A DNA stretch of 64,000 bases from Neodothiora populina (lineage: Eukaryota), in NCBI RefSeq assembly GCF_041146345.1, contig NW_027191417.1, positions 992,001 to 1,056,000 of the forward strand, given 5' to 3'. A program made the position numbers and the translations under genes. Below the pieces are notes generated by a model, which saw nothing but the letters and a program-made list of their open reading frames with translations, was not told the DNA's origin and did no database searches. Positions within the stretch are counted from its first letter, which is position 1; the number at the start of each line of letters is the position of its first letter. Shown in pieces: positions 36,239 through 48,056 of the stretch.

Positions 36239-39027
36239 TCACGCGTCCGTCTCACGTCCTGGTGTCGGTGTGCTGGACGCATTGATAGCCATGATTGCTG
36301 TCGCAGCCTTGTGCTTTGACATTCTCGGCGGCGTGCGTCGCAATGCCGTCCCAGACGCGTCGTCAGATCGTGCTCTCTTGCTCGATACTACCACCACGTC
36401 TGCGGAAGATCCGGTAGCAGCATCCCAAGACCCCGAACCATCATGAGGATGTTGACGTTTTCGTGCACATTCAGATTCAGAGACATCCCGTGGCCCCCGT
36501 TCGGACAAATTCTCCGATCCTGCACTACTGTTCAGTCTACTCGCACTGCTGCCACTCGACCTGCCAGTACTCTCTTTCCCGCAGCGGCGCTTGGACAGGA
36601 TCAGCGCAGGATACCTTGAAGCTGCACATTCGGATAAGGTGACCGGAGTAGCCGTTTCAAAGGTATGTGCATACTGGGATCGGTCAGTCTGAGACGACAT
36701 ATAGTCATGCAAGTGCTTTGTCTTCACACATAACCTACATAAGTTTCCACACGCAAGGACGGGTTGAAGAGCTTCAAAAATTTGTCATCAAGTCCATTCC
36801 TACGATCAAGAGCAACCACTCGCAGGCGTCGCGAGTCTTGGCTTTGTGAATGTCGCTGCGATGCTCTGGTTATAATGATATAGCCCTCTTCGGTTGCACG
36901 CTGCAACATGGCTTCTGCATACTTCGGCTCGATGCCTGTCGACGAGTTAAAAGTGTCTCAGAGCAATCCGTCTGCATTACTCACCAAACGCCACTAAGTG
37001 GGCCTTCAGGGTTTCCTCGTCGAGAATCTTCTCAACCAAAGTGATATGTATCAACTGCCGCATGTCCGCAAGCCTCACGACTTCATCATAAACCTCTGGT
37101 TGGCTGTCTCCCAGCAGACACTCGTAACAGGTGTGCTCTGACTGCAGGCGAGGATCATCAACGCCTAAGTAGCCATAGCATTGCGGATGCTGCTCCCTAT
37201 CACAAGTACCACATGTAATCTAGGACTTCATGAGCATGGATGGCAGCGTCCTCCCCCATGGATGTTGGCTTACTGTAAGACCTTCCACTCCTTCAAGGCC
37301 ACATGCGCAATGTACATCGTCGTCGCGACCTTGCCGCTCTTCAGATGGTGATTTCGGCCTTTCTACCGCGCGCACACCTATGGCATCTTCTTGTGAGAAG
37401 CCAAAGGCCAGCTGAGTTGGCACCAAGTACTGCGGTAAGTGCTCTGGTTCATGCTAGCAAGTCTTTCAGTATAGCGTACTACACAATAAGCTAGAATGGA
37501 GCTTACAATTCTCCGTAAATCGTCCCTCATCCTCATATCGTCCAGTGCCTGGGAGATTGACTGACTCTCTCCCTGTCCAACTTCTTCCAAAGTAGTAGTA
37601 CACTGCAGATGCTGTATCGTACGCTCGTCTAGATCAAGCCTGCTGTGGGCCTGTGGCAATTCTGTTGATGACTTTGACGGAAGTCCGTGCAAGGGCAGGT
37701 CGAGGTCCATGTTTGCTGTTTGCACAGCTGGTCTTGTAACGGAACGGACAGATGTACTGGTATCATTTGAAGGGGTCTGGCTGGTCGTTATCTCCGGGGT
37801 TTGTTTGTCTTCAGCACTTCCCGTGGGATTTGGGACAGAAGGAAGCCCGGTCCTATGTAGAGCTTCGTTACCACCGTTGTGGATTATGACATTAGCCTTG
37901 AGCACTTGTTCGCCGGAAAACCGACGGATGGACAAGCCATCTTTGGCACCTTCGCCAGCTTGTAGCTGTTTCGAATGGGACTCGTGTTGGAGATAACAGA
38001 TCTTGAGTCCGAAACTGGGTGTCTGTTAGATGTTCATCTATCAACATTCTCAACATCACTTACTCATGGAAGGGGCCCCTTGTAGCATTCATGGATCGTG
38101 TTTGGTTGTGCCATCCATTACCTTTGGGATAGATGACAACGTCGCTGTCTACAGATGCCTTGAAGCCTGGTGCTTCGTAATTCCCATCGCAATCGTCAAC
38201 ATAATGAAGGTGTGCGACTAGATGCCGATTTTCTTGATTGCAAAGATCAGCCTCCTTCTGAGCATCAATATCACGCGCATACCTGGAAGAGGGCTAAGAC
38301 AGAGATCTGCCACTCGGGCTTCAACTTGCTGAAGGACCTCAACAAACTTCGGGTTCTCGTGGTCTGTCTGCCGTGATGGGTTGAACTGCAAGCCCTGAAC
38401 CTCACGACCTGACTCGGGTATATCCTTGTACTTTATCTTGAAGATGTATGATTCCAGAGCGTTGTTAAGATGCAGAGTGTCAGTGACAATGTCGAAATGT
38501 ACAGCACTAAGCACTTTACGTTGAAGTGCATCGAAGACGCCTTTCTCCTGATTTGAGTCAGTAGCACATCGAAGAACATCAACCTGTACACGAATATGTA
38601 CTAGAACATCGAAGAATGTGTCCACTCTGCTACTCTTGCCTTTTTGCATGAGGTGCAACTTCTTGTTCCCATTGATGGTGGAATGAGTGTTCACTGCATT
38701 TCCCGAAACGAGGTTATCGTAGCTTATGTCGTTGAGCGATGTGTCCACGGTGACTTCTTCGAAAGCACAACGCGGGAAAACAGCTCTGGTGGAACTCTCA
38801 GCATCAATTATTCCAATGAAGCTTGATTGACCTGCCTTCGATAAAAGAGTGAACTAATCTTTGGATTCAGACAAGTCAGCACTGCGTCACCCTGCTACAA
38901 AGTCGACATCACTCACCGAGCCGAACAACATCATCTGCACTGTTTCCGTACTTTGCTTCTGGCTCACAATTTGCTGTACTGGGTTGACATTTATTCGCCG
39001 CTGCAGCATGTGCCGTTTCCTCGCCAT
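36239..39027 (-). CDS. HOP1: Meiotic chromosome-axis protein Hop1 (HORMA + PHD + C-terminal region)
   Basis: Ten exons joined by introns 38916-38859, 38835-38786 (GC-AG), 38601-38548, 38282-38233, 38063-38015, 37506-37454, 37273-37220, 36984-36936, 36738-36674, all in frame. HORMA: QSTETVQMMLFGSISSLFYRRAVFP, EKGVFDALQRKVL, ESYIFKIKY, RHLVAHLHY..DC...YEAPGF, GPFHDFGLKI. PHD: CAC...CGTC...QHPQCYG...HTCYEC. Confidence 0.88.
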
Positions 39028-39810
39028 CTTTGAGTGTAGGGGAGATCATGTGGTTGAGATCAATAAGGTACGAACGTATCTATCGAATCCTGCTCCATTT
39101 GAAGAGAAAAGTGATTAGGAGAGGAGTCGCTGTCGAAATGGAAGGAACGCTATTCTGCTCTTTCCTCATCTTTATGAACCAGATCTGTGTTTGGGATACG
39201 GCCCTGAAGTCGAATTGGGTTATAGTACACTGCCTCTGATTGCCTTACCTCAAGGGATTCCTCGTAGACAACATTGAGCATTCACCATCTTGCTTTGATG
39301 TTTACCTACATCAGGTAGGCTACGGACTCGTAAGCATGTTCGTAACATACGGCTGCAGAGTGGCTGAATATAAGTACCATTTGTCCATTGCGCACCGCTC
39401 TTCACTTTATCTTCGTGATGGACACGACCCAGTAGTAATGCCCTCAGTTTCATGGATTGTCTTTTTGATATGGTATAGAGAGCTGTAATCTGTCTAGTGG
39501 TTCTTGTGTCTAATGGTGTTGTAGCACAATCTTGAAGACCACCCGAATGGACGAAGTGTGTATCTTAATGGGCGGACCGACGGGTCGATTTAGTGCATGT
39601 CCTGTAGTGGTGCACTTGTTTTGATCGTGCACTAGCGAGGTGTTGTTTGTATCAACACCTCACCTCACGTAGATCGCAGATCTACTTTGCTTACCTGCAA
39701 AACAATAAGTACCTTTCTCTCCCCCATCCCGTCGAACTATATATACACCATCATACCTCTTGAGCTCTGTATACTCAGTCCATATTCACAATCCGAAGTC
39801 GTCTTGTCCG

Positions 39811-39951
39811 GTAAGTAATTTGTCGCTACACTTACAAATAGATGACACCTCCTGATTGACAAGGTCGAAACGTCACAGACGCGTGCAACCTTAGGAGCAG
39901 TTTGACAACCTCGCTAGTTGCATTTTAGACGCTTGCTAACGCATCAATTAG
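39811..39951 (+). other. Probable 5'UTR intron of the YTH-domain gene
   Basis: GTAAGT donor at 39811, GCTAAC branch and TAG acceptor ending 39951, 9 nt before ATG 39961. A TATATA element lies near 39738. Confidence 0.6.
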
Positions 39952-39960
39952 AGCTCCAGG

Positions 39961-42879
39961 ATGTCTTTGCCTACTGCTGGGTACCCTGAGCCCAGCACAG
40001 GATTGAGCTCTCCTTCAAACGAATCACACAATGTACTTACCCAGGCGAAGTTTGTCTCTGCCACCCAAGATCGCGCCCAGGAAAGTGAGGCACTTTCTTC
40101 CCATCCTGATAAGGAAGATAGTCCCCGTGATGTGTGCATCGGTACGAGCCATGTCTATCGCGTTCCTCAGCTCAAAGAGCCGCCACGAGGTCGCTCCCGC
40201 TTGAGCGAGACAATTAATTCTTTAAACCGTGATAACAAAAACACTTCAGGCGAGCGTAGGTTTCCAGGTGGTGTGCAAATGCACATCACTTCGTCCCGTA
40301 CATCTGCAGACTTATGCGTCTCAGGAAGTGTTTCAAGCAACACTCAAACCAGCTCTTTCTTTTCCAGCATCCGTGATAGTCCGATCACACCTTGGGATCA
40401 TGCTGATCCTTCCACCAAGAGTCAACAGGCCTCGGTCGGTGCCCTGCGCCCGACCACGGAGAGCTACGTCCCACCAAGTGCTCGCTCGGTCACCAACTAC
40501 TCCAACAAGTGGAACATGCCAGAATCTGCTGGTATTGCTTGTGGTCTCTCGACCAACGCACCAAATGCATTTACTCATTCGGATGCATCAGCTGCCTTCG
40601 ATGTGAGAAGTGCCCTCAGTATTGTAAGTGCAGCGACTCGTATGCGCCCTGCTGACAGGGTTCCTCCTTTGTCACTTGCCTGGGAGACACCTCCATTGGC
40701 GTTCACGTCGCAGCATGGCAACGAGTCTCACAGTCCCTTTACCTCCCTGGTAAAACAAGGTGTTGCAACCTCTTCAGGCCGTGCCAACAACAATGATCGC
40801 GTCGAAGACGTTTCGTCTAGCGCGGTATCATCGCAAGCTTTCTCAGAATCAGGTACCATTGCAATGACATCAAGTTCTGATGCAACAACCTCCAGCCCTG
40901 GAGCAAATGTCATCGAGTGTGAGCCTACTTCTTTCTCTGCCATCGCTGGCACTGGCAATTCTGGGCTTGCGGATGAGCCAGAGATCTGGGAAGAGCGACG
41001 TCAATTATACTCTTTCAAAACACAGTGTCTGAATGAAGCGACTTTTGAAGAGGTCTTCAAGGGTGCCTTCAATGTTCTTGCCACCCTGAACCCTGATCAC
41101 TACCGTATGCCATGGGGAGTAAGTGATATAAGTCCTAGTGAGCTAGAGTACCTTATTAACATTGTGCAGTCATGTGTTGTTTGCATCAAGACTTCGTCTG
41201 TCACAAACATCCTCCTTTCGCTTAAGAACGGTATTTGGGCTTGTCCTGAGCCCGTAGCAGATCGCATTCGCAAGGTGTGGGGTACCAGAAAGTCAGAGGA
41301 AGAGCAAGTCTTGATGCTCTTCTCGGTTCCTGGAAGGTAAGTAAAACTCCATCCTGTCATCATACGGTGTCTGACTTGTGACAGTAAGCAATTCTGCGGC
41401 TTGGCCGAGCTGAAAGAGTATCATGCTGAGGAGATCACCGACTTCTGGGAGCATGGTACAGTGTACCAAGGGTAATTTGACACCGCTTCCGTGTACAATC
41501 AAAGTGGCTAACGTAAAGCAGCACGATGATTCTGAGCTGGGTCTTCTGCAAGCTTGTGCCTTATGATGACATTAGGAGGAGGGTCGAGAGCGTTTCCAAG
41601 ACTGAGTCAGCCACTCAAATGTGGAATGGCATGCAGTGAGTTGACCTCTGTTATCAGTGTAAGATCATGTCGGTCTAACGATGCAAACAGTTACTCGGAG
41701 CCCATGGGACGAGCGGTCATCGAGGCTTACGTGCGATACCCACACGTGGAGAATCTCTTAGCGAAGCCGAGAAACAAAATTCAAGATCAGAAACGATCTC
41801 AAGCCTTGCAGGGTTCTTCGATTGGTCCTCGTGGAAAGAACAGTGGTCAACGTGGTGCACATAAGCAACATGTTACTAAGAACAACCAAAGCATCGGCCA
41901 GCAGAGAGGTGGACGCAATGGCTTCGGACAACCAAAAGCAGGTGACCAACAACACTGGGCGTCCCCAGTAGATGCCAAAGACTTCGTGCCACCTGCTCAG
42001 CGCGGTCCTAGGTCCTCCAAGGCTCCCAGCGGTGTAGGAAGCTCGGGTCTCAGCCACTATGAAGATGTATTCACCTCTGCTGAGCCTCAGTCTTCGCCAG
42101 CGTTTGGAAGGGGCTTTCTAGGCTTCGCCGAGGTCGAAGAAGATTGTTTGAGAACAGCCCCCATTCCTGCAACCTTAGCTGCATCTCCAACCAATGGCAG
42201 CTTCTCCAACATGAAGTACGATGTCTTCGAATCATCCGGAAGCGGGGAGCTCGACAGGGCATATGTCTTCCCACCAAAATTACCCATTGACACGGTCAAC
42301 AGCAGAACCCCGCAACGTGGTCATGTTGGAATTGCAGATTCCCATGTCGTGGACGGCAAAAATGTTGAAAAAGATCTGAACGATCTTCGTGACTACACGG
42401 TCCTCGCGCCGAAGTTTCAGACACCGAATGCTCAAACTCATCTGCGACCTTCCAACGTTTCTAGCGCTGCAGTATCAACACCTCGCCCGCAGCGTCCTGG
42501 ATTGCAAATGTCTGTCGGAGTAGATGATGATCTGAGAGGCTATCAGGTCGGTGTCCAGAACAATGCGCAGCTTGGTGCGTGGCAGATTGTAACTCCCACC
42601 AGACACACCTTCCTTCCTACCACAACTCCTCTCAACTATACGCAGTTCTCATCCTTTGTCACACCTGGAGATCGTCCATGGATCCCAGATCTTGCGAAGC
42701 ACGACACGCTTTCTCCCACCGTTGGAGAGGGAAGGCCGACGGGTCATGGCATGCGTAAATCTGGTTTCAGATCATCTGTGGACATGAGGATGGACAACAT
42801 GGTTGACAATCTGGTCGGCAGCCCAAGTCGTAAGAATAAGACCTCGGGCAACGACTCTGCAAACACGTCCGACATGTGA
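39961..42879 (+). CDS. YTH-domain RNA-binding protein (divergent; central YTH flanked by low-complexity regions)
   Basis: Exons 39961-41336, 41385-41471, 41522-41635, 41691-42879 (GT-AG introns with CTGAC/CTAAC branches) give CIKTSSVTNILLSLKNGIWAC...VLMLFSVPGSKQFCGLAEL...DFWEHGTVYQGTMILSWVFCKLVPY...TQMWNGMHYSEPMGRAVIEAY. This matches the YTH consensus IKS...S...GIW...LFFSVN.SG.FCG.AEM...W....W.G.F.VKW...KDVP. Confidence 0.8.
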
Positions 42880-44591
42880 TCTGGGCAGATGCTCATCATA
42901 ACAGCCCTTTACTACAAAGGCGATCCGAAGATTGGGTGACTGGAGCCGTAGAGCTCTCTAAACGTAAACCGGTATACTAACAGGCTTCTCTTACGCCCCG
43001 GTGCATGCGGATCACGTGGATGATTCTGAAAAGGGTTTCGATTCTTATTTTCGATTATTTTCGCTCTGGGTTCGACATGTCAAGGAGAGATTGCAGTGTT
43101 GTCGAGTCTGGGTAGCGGGCAACCACATCTTGTTCCATGGACAGCCAGATGATGGATAGTACACGGCAGAGGATCCGAGTTGAATGGTAAACAAATGGTC
43201 ATGACAGAATGGGTACGAGATGTCAATTCGGACACGAGGTGGCGGTGGTACGCCTTTCAGAAGCCAACTGCTTCAAAAGTCGGTGTAGTATGCACGTCGA
43301 TAGTTCGAATGTATCATAACTCACGTTGTGTGCCGTACTCTATATGATCGAGTGAGAATATGCACGAAAGGAAAGGGTGGCGCTGGAACATGTAACGGGC
43401 GTCACGAGACAAGGGACCAGCGCCGACTTTCCGCGTCTTCTGAATTTTTACCATTGAAGGCAATAATACTCCGCTTGAGATGCAGTGCGGTCGGACTTGC
43501 TCTGGGTGTCATGTACCATGTTCATCTCATGCAGCGGGGAGAAAGACCAAGATACAAAGTACCGTTGCCTGAATAAGGAAAATTATGTTGGGTTGTCATC
43601 ATGACTACTATACACGAGCTATAGCTCGTTGTCAAGGGACAAGATCTGGGCCGGCGTGTTGACAAGGGGATTGATATACGGAACAGCATGTGATTCAGCA
43701 AAGAATGGTGCGAGAGAGTCAGGGCGAGGATTAATCAAGGAACAGCAGTGATTTGTATCTGTCTCGAGTCGTTGTATGCCTTGGTCGAAGTGCTCTTTGT
43801 CTCAAAAGCAAGTGATCGAGACAATAATAATCACATAATGTAGCGGTAGGTACGGTCGTATTATACCTTACCTTGGGAAGGCAATATTGTGGCAGCAAGG
43901 CTTGGCGGCTCCTATTGGACGAATCCCCACAAATCAAAGATTTGATGGCGGCGGCGGCGACGGCGGCGTGTGGCCAAAGAGTAAGGTAACGACAGGCTCG
44001 ACAAGGGCAGGAGCGCGGGCGCGGCTTCCCTAAACTCCAGGTTTGCCCCCGACGTCGTGTGGTGCGCTCTTGTCAGCCGGCGGTCATTCTGTTTACCGGT
44101 CACCCTCTGATTCTCCTCCGAGATTTACTCCAATTCCCTCCTCCTCCTCCACCTCGAACTCGTGTCTGTGTCATCAGACAGAGTCTTCTATCACATCTTG
44201 TGGCCTTTTGAGAAGGCTCGGGAATGACGACATTGTGAACAGCCTGACACCGGTGGTCAATAACTGTGGTTGTTATTCGTTTTGCCTGTTCGGTCTATCC
44301 GGTCTATTATCTCATCTCTCCTCTGTACACCCTTCCCGAGGCCCGGCAAACGCAGCCAATCTACAGGCAGACGCCTCTCGACCTTGATTTCGCAATTTGA
44401 CCGGTTACAAGGAGCCATCTGTGACGTTTTACGCTATCGAGGGACCCCTGCTGCGTCCGCTCCTCTCTCTCTCCCCAATCTGCCTCCCAGGTCTGCGTTT
44501 ATGTGCGGACGCCTATTGTCGACATAGTCTCCCACTGCAGCTTCATCCCGTCGAGAAACGGACGGGAACACAGCCGTTCCATACATAAGAG

Positions 44592-47500
44592 ATGGATCCT
44601 CCTCGAAGGACTGGGCTGAGTGTACACACTCAATCTCAGACTCGCTCTCAAACTCACATGCTCGACCGACCTCATCCTCGCTCCCACGCCCCTGCCTCGC
44701 GTTCTACGGGAGCATCTCTGTCTACTGCTCCAGCGTCACCTACAAACGAGACCGACGACACAGCCACGGAGCAGACTCGCACAACCTCGACCATTGCACC
44801 TCCATACTCTGCCCTTGGCCATGTTTCATTCGCGCCTGCCACTCGTCAGACCGTCGTCACCACCACGACCACGACCACCGTCTCGTTACCCCCGCTCCTG
44901 TTCAGACCCCCACAGGATCTGGCCGTGAGGGATCCCAAACAGTATCCTCTGGCAGCTTCTCCTACGCCCTACTCGCTCAGACGCTTTAACATAGATGTCG
45001 GCGGCAGGCAAGTCGTTTACAGGGAAGCGGATGATGCTCAGGCATCTTTGTCAAAGGTATGAGTGGCCGCTATCGAAAAGCTGCTGATGTCCATTGTAGC
45101 TCTTCTGCCACTTCAAACCCCGCAACTGACGCACTTTCCTTCCACAGTATACCCGTCAACAAACATGCTTGCAAGCATCCAACGGCAGTCTTCGTCAAGA
45201 AAACAGCTTCCCTACCGCCGTCGACGACTCCTCGTATCCTCAGAACAACACACGCTCCGTCGCGCCCAAACGTCCAGCATCTCCTCCTAGTCTTGCTGAG
45301 GCCGCAGAGCTTGCCAGTCTCCATCGCAGGAGGAAAAAGCCACGCTCGCTGCTTTCACGCACTCGCTCGGGCCTTGCACAGCCCTTGTTCACCGACGATG
45401 CCCATCTGTCAGATACCGCCGATGCCCTGAGTGGCCCATCGCCAGTCACCCCAGACACTGAAGCTGGCAATTCGCAGGTCATGGATGTCGACTCGACCGA
45501 CACCTCCGTCAGAGATCTCAAGAGACTCAGCAGCAGAGCTCAGGCCTGGCAAAGAGGAAGTACAACCTATGGCTCGAGCCAGCCGGCCGATCTTACCTTG
45601 AGTCTGCCATTCTCGGCCGACGGCACACATCGTGGCGAGCAACAACCGACGACGGCGACACCTCCCATTGCCGAAAACGACCTGGACCCTCTTGAGTCGA
45701 CACCTGTGCAAGAGCACGAATACAGACGACCTCTCCCACCGAATCTGCTCAATGGCTCTCAGCAGGATGCTAGCCTACCCAGTCCTAGCCTCTCGCCTGT
45801 CACCGCTGCCGCCAACCTTGCCAGGAGCCACCAACAGCTATTAAACACCGCTACAGATGCACCAGACGCCGCTGATGACGGCAACGCCAGCGAGGTGTCT
45901 GGGCTCGACCTGGACGAGAATGTCGGTTTACCTAGACGTGGCCGAGCAGCGGACGCTATACAACGTGTGACGTCGCATCCGGGTGGCCTTACCCAAGCTT
46001 ACGGCTCGGATGCAGCTCCCGCACCCGCGCTCACGCTCATGGATGTGCCTGACATGGTGGAAGCTTTCGATGCCCTTCCAGACGATATGCAGACCTATGT
46101 CTTGTATCAGATGCTCCGACGCTGCCCCAAGAAGACTCTCCAACTTGTTGCCGCAGTCGTGAATCCTGCGCTGAAGTGCGATCCCTTCGATGTCTTGCCT
46201 ATGGAGCTCGGATTACAGATCACTAAGTTTCTCGACGCCAAAAGTCTTTGCCGCGCCGCTCAGGTTTCCAAGAGGTGGAGACAGCTTGTGGATTCCGATG
46301 AACGCGCCTGGAAGGAACTTCTGGAGAATGACGGTTTCGACTTGCCTGTCGGAGAGATCGAGCGCGCTGTCAGAGAGGGTTGGGGTTGGCAGAACCCCGG
46401 CGCCGAAGGGTTCGAGCAAGACCTGGGCGCTCATAAGCAGCTGTCTGTGTCTCTGTCCGAAAATGATCCGACAAGTCCAGCAGCAGGTCCTTCCGCTAGC
46501 AGCGACGATCAGGCCTCGGCGGCTCCCCAACGGGTGACGAGATTGAAGAGGAAGTCGGCAGGCAGCAGTCTCAGCAACAAGCGTCAGAAGCGCAAGGTGA
46601 GCGCAAAGAAACCGGAGGAAGTCTCCCCACTGTGGATCAAGGACATGGAGCAGGCCCAGGGACCCATCGCCTTTGCTAGTGCAGCTGCAAAGGCAGTGCC
46701 AAACCCGAATATCGGCCTGTCGAGTCTGGCAAACCTGCACCTCTTCAAATCCATATATCAGAGGCACCACTTGATCTCCAAAAGCTGGATGGACCAGCAC
46801 TCCTCACCTCAGCATCTCGCCTTTCGGGCTCATCATCGCCACGTTGTCACCTGTTTGCTTTTCGACTCGGACAAGATCCTGACGGGCAGTGACGACACCA
46901 ACATTAATGTCTACGACACCAAGACAGGCGTTCTTCGGAAACGGCTCGAAGGTCATGAGGGAGGTGTATGGGCACTGCAGTACGAAGGCGACACTCTGGT
47001 TTCGGGCTCTACAGATCGTTCGGTCCGCGTCTGGGATATTCCCACTGGCAAATGCTTGCAGACATTCCAGGGTCACACGTCTACCGTACGCTGTCTCGTT
47101 ATATTGAAGCCCGCGAAGATCGGTGTCGAATCGGACGGCACACCCATCATGATGCCGAAGGAGCCACTGATCATTACCGGATCGCGTGATTCCACATTGC
47201 GGGTGTGGAAGATGCCTAAGCCGGGTGACCCACAGATCCATCAGGCCGGCCCCCCGGCGAATGATAGCGACAACCCGTACTCGTTGAGAGTACTTCAAGG
47301 TCACCACAATTCCGTTCGTGCTATCGCGGCTCATGGTGACACTCTGGTCAGTGGTTCTTACGACTGCACAGTAAGAGTTTGGAGGATCTCGAATGGTGAA
47401 CTCGTTCATCGTTTGTCCGGTCATAGCCAAAAGGTGTACAGTGTGGTGTTGGATCATCAACGCAAGAGATGCATTTCAGGCTCGATGGACAATCTCGTCA

Positions 47501-48056
47501 AAGTATGGTCGCTCGAGAGTGGACAATGTCTCTTTAATCTGGAGGGTCACACATCACTCGTGGGCTTGCTTGACCTGAGCCACGAGCGTCTGGTCAGTGC
47601 CGCCGCTGATAGCACCTTGCGTATCTGGCATCCTGAGACGGGCCAGTGTCTGTCTCAGCTTTCCGCACATACTGGTGCGATAACCTGCTTTCAGCACGAC
47701 GATCGCAAGGTCATCAGTGGTTCAGATCGCACGCTCAAGATGTGGAACATTGAGACTGGAGAATGCGTTCGTGACTTGCTCTCCGACCTGAGTGGTGTCT
47801 GGCAAGTCCGCTTCGACGAGCGCAGATGTGTAGCAGCGGTACAACGGAACAACTTGACCTATATCGAGGTATGTGTCAACGTCACGATGCATTTTATTGA
47901 CTTTCCCTGACCATGTTGCAGGTGCTTGATTTCGGTGCTGTTCGGGATGGTGTCCCCGAAGCGAAGCGCGGCCGCAGAATCGTCGTGGACCACCGCGGCC
48001 GAGAAGTGGAAGACCTCGAGAGCATGCCCGATGTGCATTCCATCGGGCTAGCCTGA
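44592..48056 (+). CDS. CDC4: SCF ubiquitin ligase F-box/WD40 substrate adaptor Cdc4
   Basis: Exons 44592-45056, 45148-47868, 47922-48056. ALKCDPFDVLPMELGLQI...LCRAAQVSKRW F-box; AHHRHVVTCL, GHEGGVWAL, GHTSTVRCL, GHTSLVGLL WD40 repeats; YIEVLDFGA end. Confidence 0.94.

Noticed and set aside
35900..39027. Mmi1-type DSR hexamers (UUAAAC/UCAAAC) or URS1/MSE sites around HOP1
   Set aside because: I noticed only an isolated TCAAAC downstream of the stop. There is no cluster and no clear URS1/MSE, so these give no support for yeast-type regulation.
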